A DNA stretch of 64,000 bases, from contig NC_043008.1 in the NCBI RefSeq assembly GCF_006345805.1, forward strand, positions 30,132,001 to 30,196,000. Reading direction: 5' to 3'. Source of the stretch: Octopus sinensis. Lineage: Eukaryota. This document shows positions 53,477 to 64,000 of this stretch, piece after piece; within the stretch, counting starts at the first letter, position 1; each line of letters starts with the position of its first letter. A program made the translations under genes and the position numbers. Below the pieces are notes generated by a model. It worked only from the letters and a program-made list of their open reading frames with translations, was not told the DNA's origin and made no database searches.

Positions 53477-56400
53477 ATAGATAGATAGATTGATAGATTG
53501 ATGGATGGACGGATGGATTGATGGATATATGTTATTCAGTTTTAATCTTATTCCCATTAAACTGGTAAACTGCGTACAGATATTTCAATGGAGGAAAATT
53601 CACAAAAATTGAAGTCATGTAAAATTATGTTATAATTTGATCTTATTCATATTTAAGATAATTTCAAAATTGTTTCATATCAAATTATATTTATATTTTT
53701 AAAACTTTCAACTTCTCTCTCTCTCTCCCCTCTCTCTCCCTCTCTCTCTACCACGGTTTTAATTTGTGTTTGAAATTTATCTAATATAAATAGGTTTAAA
53801 ACTGAAATTTAGTATATATTTGAAATTACTAAAACTCAGTTCATATTCTATAAGAAAGGGAAAATGCCAATGAGATGAAGCATTTTAAAACATGACCTCA
53901 GCTATCAAAGATCTTCTTTCTATAACTTGATTCTATTTACAATTCTGAAGTAAAAATTGATGACAAACTAAATATGGATAGTAATTATATTACATGTTAC
54001 CCTTTTAAGAGCACACAAAAGCTTATATTTAAAACTATCATTGCGTAAAGAATAACAGCATATCACATGAATAAGAAAAGCATACAATAAAGTAGTGCGT
54101 GTGTGCGTTTATTTATACATGCATGTAAGTGTTTTGTGTGTGTATGTGTGTGTGTGCGTGCGTGTGTGTCTGTGCGTGTGTGCGTGCGTGCATGAGTGCG
54201 TGTGTGTGTGTGTGTGTGTGTTCTGCATACTGTTTATTTTTGAACATATTTTAAACACATGACTAAACTTAGCCTTTTTAAATGAAAATGATTTACTGCT
54301 ATAAATCGTTATATAACATTTTTCTGTTTTACTTTTTTCTGCTATCAGGTTGTTATTATTATTTAAGTGCCCTCGGGATACCAAATATTTTCCCACCCAT
54401 CTTTTAAATAACGTTTTGTGATAATTTTTATGTTGTTTTAAAATTGTGCAAGGTATTGAACATGATATAGTTTAGGCTGATGGAATCACAAAATCAGTAA
54501 GTTTAGAACGTAGTAATGTATTGTATATCTTTTAGAATACCCCCCAATTTGTCATTGTCGTAAAAGTTTTGTATAATTATTCTTATGCAGGCAGAAAATT
54601 TGTTGCTTTGACTTGGAGAGTAATTTCTACCTGTATTAACCACTATTCATTAGTATATGACTCTTACATTATGTGCAGGTAATATTCTTTGGTCATTTCA
54701 ACAAAATGTACATATTTCACTCACTTGTAAAATTGGATGTGAAAGATTTATAGTTTACTATGTTTTATGGAATATGCATATCATATGCCATCAACCAAAT
54801 GCTTATAATTAAGGTTTTTTAATTTATTTCTATAAATTATGTACCTCATTTACGTTTATCAGTTAGGTGAAGATTAATATATACTACAACTTGTTTTTGA
54901 GCTGATTAATCATTGATTTTATTACAGTCAAAAATCTGTCATACACCTTGCTTTCGAAAACTTGTTTTCAGTAATATACATCCCGAAGTACTTCCTATTT
55001 AGTCTTGTACTTTAATATACATCACACTGTGTATATTTTGTGTAAGCATTCATTCAAACTACAAGGAACACACCAATGACACCTAGCATTTCCAGTTTGT
55101 TTGTTTTTATACATGAAAATTAAGCATTCAAACTTTAGCTATATCACTGAAATTCCCGTAAATACATGAAGAGGAAGTGTGTCGCAGTAAACCACGGATT
55201 TGGTTAAGGAAGATTGCATCATGTCCATACATGATAGTGAAGCGGATGAATCAATTGATATTGCATTGAAGTGGTACGAAGCTTAAAACTTCAGATGAAG
55301 AGACAGCATCTGTGCTCTAGGTATTGATAGGGTGTCATAATGGAGGATTGTAACGTTCTTTTTGCTTGAGTTTCAGCAACAGATATAAGCAGAGCTGGGA
55401 TGTTTTTGATGTCTTAGTTCACTGTTATATATTCCTGTTTGCTACTAGATATATTTAGATATTATAAGCCATAAAATGTGTTGTATATAAGAGGTAGTCA
55501 AACGTACTTTGTTTTCATAAATAACCATTTAGTTGTTGCTTGGACCCAACACAACCTTGCATTTAACTGTGCTTAGCAAATGGCATTCAGATATGAATAT
55601 CCAGTTTTTTAGAAGGACATATGATAGTATTTAAATTAGTAGTTCGGCATCTATGGTAGTAGGATGTAACAAGCAGAAGATTTGGCTTCTGTTTCTGTCA
55701 GATCGGCAACAACTGGATTCTTCCTTACGTGATAGTAGTTCTAAAAGTATTCCACTAATGTATCACCATTAGCAACTGGAAAATCTAAAGATTTATATTC
55801 GTTTTTAAGTGGATTTAATCTACATTTTATCAGTCTTAGGGTGATAAAATCAATACTGTTCTTACGTTGAATTAATTTCGTACATCCATTCTACGTGAGA
55901 AAATTATGGTGAGCAGTGTTTATGATAACAGTCATCAATATAGTTACTATTTAACGACATAGTAACAATAAGAAATGCATTAAAATGTTTCATCCTCTTC
56001 GCAAGTAATCAAGTTTTAAACTTCTTTTACCCCAGAGAGTACACAACATATTTTCTCATATATACATACCAACATGTGTCGAATGAAATAATACTGTTTC
56101 CTAGCAATGCAAAAGGCACACGTGGCTTTATACATGTTCTTTTCAGATACTAGCATGTACATAAATTCTCGTGTTCATGCCGGGAGTGGCCAGCAATGCT
56201 TAAGTCCTTCCAAAATTTCGGTTGGAAGGTAAAAGCGAGTTTACTAATAGTATAAGAACAAATTAATAACATGCAGTTTTTCTGAATATTTAAGTTAATT
56301 CTGTTTTTGCACTATAATTGAAACATCTCAATGTAATCCGGGAGTTTGGCGGAACAAATAAATAAAAAATATCTAGACGTATTTACTAAAACCCTATATC

Positions 56401-56782
56401 CCTCAGTACTACAAAATTAAATGTTACCTCAACTTGAGTGTCTGGAACTCGCGGCGTTTTTTTGTGTGGGCGGTTTGGTGGGGTGTGAACTAGCGTATTC
56501 ATTTTCTAAAACTAGCATTATTTTTTTGACTTTGAACTAAGCTCATATCTTTATTTAATCGCAAAGTTAATCATCAAATAACTTGGAAATACATATTTTA
56601 CCATATCTAATTTTAAATAAAATTAATAAGTATGGTTGTTCGTGCTTGTACGTATGTGTTTATCTGTGTGTTTGAGCGTGTATTTATATTCATATAAACA
56701 CACATATATATATATATATATATACACATATATATATTGAAATATATACATATATCTTGCAAGCACACATATATATATATAT

Positions 56783-56861
<79 letters not shown>

Positions 56862-57483
56862 ATATATATATATATACCTATACATATATTTGCTTATCTA
56901 TACATATCCATATAAGTGTGTGTGTGTGTGTGTGTGTGTCTGTGTAAATACACATATATAGACACGCACATATATTCACTCACAGGTGGCGCACAGAATT
57001 TGGTAACTGTCTCCTATTTCTCGACGTTAAGCATTATCTCTGAAGCCCGCTTAATTTCATAGGAGGGCGCGTTATCGTGAGTAACGCATTCAGTTTATCA
57101 GATTTCTATTTTTCTAGTGCTAGTCGAAGTGAGAATTAATTATACTACCGAAATATGCATTATTGATTATATAAGCAGCATGCAATTTCTGCTCTCAATC
57201 AAATTACTGATTTCATCTAATCAGCACGCAAAATCTTTACGAAATCAAATATTTAAAAATAATAACTAGATTGTGAAGGGGCCTCTAGAACAGCGCACAC
57301 CTGCGAGACATAACTGCCAATATACCCTAAATCACCCCCTATTGTGCCAGAATACGAAGGTATATGTTCGAGTATATTTCAGAGAAGGCAACAGGAAATG
57401 CTGTGTATTTAAACAGCAATAAAGTCATCAAAAATTGATTTTATATCTTATAACAATAATCATTATCTGTTAGAATAAGCATT

Positions 57484-57690
57484 GGTTTCAAATTTTGGCA
57501 CAAGGCCAGCGATTTGTGGGAGTGTGGGTAAGTCGATTATATCGACCACAATGTTCAATGTTCAATTTTATCGATCAGGAAAGGATCGATAAAAAAATTA
57601 GCTCCCGCAGGATTTGAACCCAGAACGTATAGATAGACAAAATACTGCTAAGCATTTTAGCCAGCATGCTAACGATTCTGGCAGCTCGCA
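57484..57690 (-). mobile_element. SINE family A
   Basis: ggtttcaaattttggcacaaggccagc..gtcgattatatcgacc..atttgaacccagaacgta..gctaagcatttt..gctaacgattctggcagctcgc. Confidence 0.8.
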
Positions 57691-58623
57691 GAATTTCGAA
57701 CTAATGTTAATACACAACTAAATAGTTCCGAGGTTTTAGTACTTTAAATGATTTTACAGAGAATTTCAAAATATATAGCAATTCACTACTCAGAAATTTG
57801 GACGAATGTTGCAAGGCGTAAATATTGTTTTTATCGATTCTATTAATTCAATGAACCGTTACGACTTTCTAATGTATATTATATTTATCAAGCAAATGCC
57901 CGAAACACTATTTTTTCCTAAATTGCAGCCAACTGTCTCCTAGTGCAACATTTTTGCTTTCTCCCTCTTTTCTCCCCGTTATTCTTTCGATAGTTTCTGT
58001 CTCAATTATTATCGTAATAACTGAATTATCAAAACAAGAATATCTTTCTTTACAAGGCTGTACTACTAAATTTATATCTAGAAAAATCTGAAGTGACTGC
58101 CGGCAAAAGCTAAGCTATTCATATAGCGGAAATTATATTTTTCACTCTCTAACCTCCTGCATGATTAGCTTTTGATCACACACTTGTTTTAACAATGCAC
58201 TCAAGGATTCAGAAAAATACTCAAATGTCAAATAAAACGTAATTTATAAATATATATATATGCATTCATACAGAGAAGCACACACACACATACACACGCA
58301 CATATGCATATAAAGTCACACGCACAAATATAACCATCCCCAGAGACACAAATAGACATATATTATGTGTGAGTGTGTATATCAGAAACGAAAACCAAGG
58401 TTACAGGAAATGACTCATAATGACTAGGTGTATGTATTTGTACAACACAAATGAGTAAAGGTATATAGTTATCTCTACCTCCACAGTGAGTAGAAGAACC
58501 GCTTACTTGTAATCGAGGGTAACTCTAAACGAGGAGAGGAGTTAATCTCAAAAGTCAGAAATTTTCCAAAAGTCAACAGGTTTTTCATGAAAAAACAGTC
58601 ATATATATATATATATATATATA

Positions 58624-59876
58624 TATAAGCGAGAAAGAAGCAACAAGAATGGATAGGTTTTTAGTACGATCGTTTCATACAAGGACAGGTTTTATTAAAA
58701 GTTGCAAAGATTACAGCATATAAACGAGTCCCGTACTCATCAGCTAAAATACATGTAAGTTCTCTAGACATCCTAGTGTTTGAGGCTATACTCATGAAGT
58801 AATGTAGAAAATTAAACAGATTTCTAAAGTTCATTAAAGTTCTTTAAAGATGATGCATAGTCTTATCACAGAATTTTAAAGAAGTTTTGGTAGCATCACA
58901 GAGAAGGTGACCTAATCCATATGAATTTCCATAGATATGATGAGGGATTATATACTCACAGAGGACAAATTTATCCATTGTTATTAGCATTACAGAGAGG
59001 GTGAATTAATCCTTTGTATATATGCACAGATTCCAATGGTGTAGATGTAAATTTCCAGAGAAATGGAGATGAATTTCATATTCACAGGCGATAAATTTTA
59101 CAATGGTTGAACACAATGAGGTAGGTACCAATCCTTGTTATATGATTAGGTGTTTGCCATATTAATCACATTACTGCTATTCACAAGAGGCTGCAGCCTC
59201 TTGTGAATAGCAGTAATGTGATTAATATGGCAAACACCTAATCATATAACAAGGATTGGTACCTACCTCATTGTGTTCAACCATTGTAAAATTTATCGCC
59301 TGTGAATATGAAATTCATCTCCATTTCTCTGGAAATTTACATCTACACCATTGGAATCTGTGCATATATACAAAGGATTAATTCACCCTCTCTGTAATGC
59401 TAATAACAATGGATAAATTTGTCCTCTGTGAGTATATAATCCCTCATCATATCTATGGAAATTCATATGGATTAGGTCACCTTCTCTGTGATGCTACCAA
59501 AACTTTTTTAAAATTCTGTGATAAGACTATGCATCATCTTTAAAGAACTTTAATGAACTTTAGAAATCTGTTTAATTTTCTACATTACTTCATGAGTATA
59601 GCCTCAAACACTAGGATGTCTAGAGAACTTACATGTATTTTAGCTGATGAGTACGGGACTCGTTTATATGCTGTAATCTTTGCAACTTTTAATAAAACCT
59701 GTCCTTGTATGAAACGATCGTACTAAAAACCTATCCATTCTTGTTGCTTCTTTCTCGCTTATAATCACCCCACATTACTGTATTGTTAAATCAGTATAGT
59801 TTTTTTTGGTGCATCTAAGTTAGGTACCATATTCAAGTAAATTTTTTAAATTAACTTGAATCTTTATTGCTCTTTG
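58624..59876. mobile_element. Spacer-less 1.14-kb palindromic PLE-pLTR-like element with one-sided tail, between (TA)n tracts
   Basis: Symmetry centre ctg|cag at 59193/59194; 570-bp arms 58624-59193 and 59194-59763 with one mismatch seen (58881 g versus its partner); unpaired tail 59764-59876. Confidence 0.9.
59638..59728 (+). ncRNA. Type-I hammerhead ribozyme, intact core, extended stem II (mirror copy 58659-58749, minus)
   Basis: UUUUAG CUGAUGA GUACGGGAC-long loop-GUCCUUGUAU GAAA C-GAUC-G UA CUAAAA; 6-bp stem I, palindromic GAUC loop III, GUA triplet. Confidence 0.8.
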
Positions 59877-59879
59877 TAT

Positions 59880-59923
<44 letters not shown>

Positions 59924-60784
59924 CAAGCTTGCGGAAGAAAGGACGATAGCACAGCAACGGCAAACAGGACAAAACAAGATACACGAATCGTTCGCAGCCA
60001 ATTGCCTCTTCAGTCGGAGTCCGGAATGTCTTCCTAGTTTCGCCCAATTATCTCTGATACTACTCGAAACCGGCTGGGCCAGGACTTAAAAGCATTAAGC
60101 CTCTGGGAAAGCCAAACGAATGTACATATACGAAAACAAATAAGTAAACAAAGGAAAGTGACGTTCGATCACCGGACGAACGTAATATATGAAATAGAAT
60201 TATACATATTCAATGAACAAACGCCTTACGGCTATACAACTAAGGGAAAATAATTATTCAATTACAACAAAAATAAAACACGCGTGTAGTAAGCTAACGA
60301 AAGGAAAATGGAAATGGAAAAATGCAAACAGACCGGGTGGCAGGACAGAACAGAACAGATGCGACCAACCTCAAAGGCGGCCGGCCAAAAAAGGACGACA
60401 ATGCTTGAACCAGACAGCGATCACGTTGTAAGGGGGGGAGCAACTGAAAAGGGCGGAGAGACAAAGGAATAGGAGAGGGGAGTAAAGAAATCAGAGGGAC
60501 AAAAAATGAGAGGAAGGGTGAGAGAGAGAGAAAAAGGTACAAGGGAGATACGTGAGGACGGAAAGCAAAAGAGTTTGATTTATAAGTGGGAGGGGGAAAG
60601 AGTTTAAAGAATACGAGAGGGAAAATTAAATCAGAGAGATAGAGGAATGAGAAAGAGAGAGAGTGAATATGCCTTCCCTTTTGTTCTCCAACTCTGTGTT
60701 TTCTGAGCATTTTCGATTGGGTTTCCTACGAGTTAACATGGCCTCCCTTCACGACACTATAAACTTCATTTGATTAAGGTATCA

Positions 60785-60848
60785 TTTGCCCGAAGAGTAG
60801 CTAGCAGTTTACCCCTCGTTTGCGCAGCTATGAAACATATGTAACTAG
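60785..60848 (+). ncRNA. Hammerhead motif, U4C variant
   Basis: CCGAAGA GUAGCU-23nt-AGCUAU GAAA C-AUAU-G UA; stem I decayed. Confidence 0.55.
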
Positions 60849-61228
60849 ATTTTATCTGCTCCGTTCCTTAATTTTGGGATTTTATTCGCATTCACAAGCA
60901 ACACCAGCTGCTAACCACAAACTATACAAAATATACAACTTTTTTTCCCTTTATCGAACTTTGATATGGGAAAAACTTACAACATCCTACGTCAATAAAC
61001 CACTATTATTATTGAGAGTTGTTTTTTATGCCTTCTATGGACTGCTAAAAATTTTAATAACTTCCTACACCTTGATCTTTAGATCTTACCTTTACTAACA
61101 GAGACACACACGCGCACGCACTCACATACATAGATATGTATGTATATATATACATACATATATATATATACACATATATATATATACATATATACATATA
61201 TATATATAAATAAAATATATATATATAT

Positions 61229-61260
<32 letters not shown>

Positions 61261-61403
61261 ATATACATATATATTAAAGAGAGATTTAGGTGATACAAAT
61301 ATCTTAGGAAGAACTCAATATACGTATGCTTCTGAACGAAGCATTAGTCAAGTTCAGAGCGGTGATGAGAAAACAGAAATGACAGAGAAATGAACGTCAT
61401 AAT

Positions 61404-61484
61404 CTCTTACAGATGTTTCTACTATATTATGCAGTGGATTCATAGATGAGTGCCCGAATAACTCCTTATACCTTCGTCGGAGCC
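61404..61484 (-). ncRNA. Decayed hammerhead motif in the 3' pLTR of the adjacent PLE
   Basis: Minus strand: CCGACGA A GGUAUA...UAUAGU A GAAA C-aucu-G UA AGAG; same layout as 31970-32017 and same strand as the PLE ORF. Confidence 0.5.
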
Positions 61485-62044
61485 GCAGACGTGTAGAGCA
61501 ATTTACTTGGAATAACAATTACATTTAGTTTCATATAATTTTTTGTGACCGTATAGTTTTTGTTCTAGTCTGTCTATTATCTATCAACACCCATTTAACC
61601 ATATCCCCTATACCCTTTCATCAGAACGTCTCCTCCTGGCTGATCAATCGGCGAAATCTTCTCATCTTTAAAAACCTGAATGACCTGAAATTAAAAAAAC
61701 ATGTTTTTGTTTTACATGTTTCGGTTATTTATAATCCTTATCAAGAATATTTACTTAAATAAAATATGAAGAGAAAATAGATTATTAATAAAATAAACGT
61801 TCATAGTGACATTTTCTTTTTCCTGTAAGAGCACGTGGTAATTTCCATTAATTTTCGTGGCATTGCTAGTAGTAATTTCAGCTGTTGTCTGTGATGGTTA
61901 ATTTAGTAGTGTGGTCCAAATTGTTTTCAAAAGGAGTGGCCGTAGAATTAAAATAAGTAGTAGTATTAATAATACTTGTCGTAATATTATCTCAGCTAAG
62001 GACTTCACAGAAAGGAAGTTATTTAATCTCCTATATTTATTTTT

Positions 62045-62775
62045 TATGCTCAACGAATTTAGACTCGGTCAATAGTTTCTTATGAAATACATTTCGTTGT
62101 TAATGCGTTCATTTTGAGTAGCACTGTCTTTGAATTTATATTGTGGAAAAGTTGTGAATTTGGGATATTTATTGGATGCTCATCTGTCTATATGTTTGCT
62201 GACAGATATTTTCCAGTATTCCGGAATTCTAATGTGGGATTTGTGCACCGCCATCCTCTGACGTAGGCAGTTTTTGTGTGTTTAATATATTGCCGTTTGC
62301 ATCCCGAACATGTAAATTAAATTCTCCGATGCACATGTAAAGTTCGTTTTTATGCTAAATTTTTGGCTTTGTTCCAATCGGTGTTCTGATCTTTCTATTA
62401 CGTTGATACAAATCCCACAGTTTAGCCTCCAGCACATTTTTACTGTCGTCTTTGTGGCTATTGTTGAGTGTAATTTGGCCTGGGTTAAAGTCCTCTTCAT
62501 TAGTTTTGGTTGTCTCTTACTTATGTTCATGGTGTGTGTTTCGAGGATTTGATTCATCTTTGTCGTAATACTCTTGAGTAGAGTTGTGGTATGGAGTAAA
62601 ATGTTGAAGGCCTCACTGTTATGTGGGTTGTGTGTGGAGATGTAAGGCAGGGTTTTGAATTTTTCTTCCTTCTTTGGTGTTGGTAGTCTAAGTTCTTGTA
62701 TATTGAATTTAAGGACTCGTTGGATCGTATTGACGATTAAGGATTGTGGGTAATTCCTATTGATTAGTGTAGTTT
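62045..62775 (-). pseudogene. Penelope-like element RT-thumb/linker and GIY-YIG endonuclease remnant
   Basis: LINRNYP..LPYISTHNP..SKRQPK..CWRLNCGIC..FTCASENLIY, then after a frameshift CKRQYIKHT..LRQRMAVHKSHIR..VSKHI..RINNEMYFIRNY*PSLN; element about 61275-62780, 5'-truncated at a microsatellite. Confidence 0.85.
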
Positions 62776-62897
62776 TAGTACATATATATATATGTGTGTG
62801 TGTATATGTATATATATGCACGTGTGTTTGTGTGTGTCTCCATGTATAAAACAAATGATAGGAACGAAAAATGTAATATACGACAAATTTTATTGTT

Positions 62898-62988
62898 CAC
62901 AACAACCATTTCGACGCAATTTGCATCGATCTCTCGCGGGTAGGCTGATGTGCAACTCGTCGTGGTATCTGCATGTCTTCAGGTGATG
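62898..62988 (-). ncRNA. Possible decayed hammerhead motif in an inverted pLTR
   Basis: Minus strand: CAUCAC CUGAAGA CAUGCA...UGCGUC GAAA UGG UU GUUGUG, followed by AAUAAA. Confidence 0.35.
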
Positions 62989-63296
62989 TTATAAGATCTG
63001 CCTCGTTAAATAGACACTGTTTCACTCATACCACGCATGCCCTTTATGACAGGATGTCTAATCTGTTGCGCAGGAATGGTGAGTGACGGACTCGATTTCG
63101 TTTTCATAGACAAAGAGAGGGACTAATTCAATAAAATATGGTAAAGAAGAAAAATAAAACTTACAATGCAGTGAAATATTATTTATGCTAGTACCCACAT
63201 ATAGATTCTTCCGTACCCAAACTGGCTGCCCTATGATCCCATATACACTCTCTTATATGCCGAGTTAAATAGACACACAAGCGCGTATGTGTACAC

Positions 63297-64000
63297 TTTT
63301 GAAAAAAGCTATCCCATACTATAATGCTGCATTACAAAGGTCCAACTTTAAGAATAGCATATAACACATTAAACCATATACAAATAGATCAAGAAGACTC
63401 AGACATAGGAAAATATTATGGTTTAATCCATCTTAGGGTATGAATATGGCTAGTAAGGTAGCTAGGACACTCTAAAAACTAATAGACAACCTGTGTCTAC
63501 CTTCACACAAATGCCATAAGATCTTCAACAGAAACATTGTTGAAGTTAGTTATATTTGCCTCCCCAATGTAGGGTCAATAATACTAAATCTCAATAAATA
63601 TAAATACACCAGAAACATCTCAAAAAGACAATGCTAATGTAAATCCCCGACTGCTAACCTCTAAAAACAATTTCTCGAGATTGAACTCATATGCAAGGCC
63701 AAGATCATGGACCCCAACGGAGTAGCGAATATGTATAAGGGAATGGCGTGCAAGTCATTCAAGGAAAGGTATACTCAACAGCTGGTGTCAATTAGAGACA
63801 AAAATGTTTTAAAAAATGCAACATCCCTGTCAAATATGATATAGACATCGAAAGAAGGTAGAATAAGTACCACCTAGATAGAATGAGAAATTATTGCTCA
63901 TGCCAAAAAGTACAGAGGACAGGATACCAAATCTGAATTTTGTATATTGAAAACTAAACGTTATACAACCAACTGATATCATCCTAAACATAAGGGATAA
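63297..64000 (+). pseudogene. Penelope-like element thumb/linker and GIY-YIG remnant (runs off the window)
   Basis: KAIPYYNAALQRSNF..RHRKILWFNPS*..KLIDN..SHKCHKIFNRNIVEVSYICLPNVGSII..ICKAKI..MYKGMACKSFKERY..ATSLS..EIIAHAKKY, matching the PLE WFNPP / HKIFNRNTVKVSYSCMPN motifs; in-frame stops. Confidence 0.85.

Noticed and set aside
55450-55900. PIF1 helicase-like peptides (FAK..QG, VANGD) on the minus strand
   Set aside because: Needs several assumed frameshifts; not supportable as a feature without a search

Overview
AT-rich, repeat-dominated eukaryotic non-coding DNA, most likely from an octopus (inferred from coleoid-type tRNA-derived SINE families plus very dense (TA)n/(TATG)n/(GATA)n microsatellites). 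No host protein-coding exon can be supported; almost all ORF-track entries are microsatellite read-throughs. Recognisable mobile elements are many SINE copies of three families, three decayed Penelope-like (PLE) RT-thumb/GIY-YIG coding remnants, a CR1-type LINE RT remnant, mariner remnants, a hAT MITE with TSD and Helitron-type pieces. The most notable hidden signal is a population of about 15 minimal type-I hammerhead ribozyme (HHR) motifs, folded by eye. They belong to several sequence families with recurrent core variants (U4C, A6U, a compensatory U3-A8 pair, long stem II). They sit in short PLE-pLTR-like elements that abut (TA)n tracts, often as 'inverted arm + arm + one-sided tail' foldbacks. 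The clearest case is a near-perfect, spacer-less 1.14-kb palindrome (58624-59763) carrying an HHR in each arm. Some insertions are accompanied by inverted duplication of flanking host DNA. A 1.4-kb microsatellite-bounded tandem duplication is also present.
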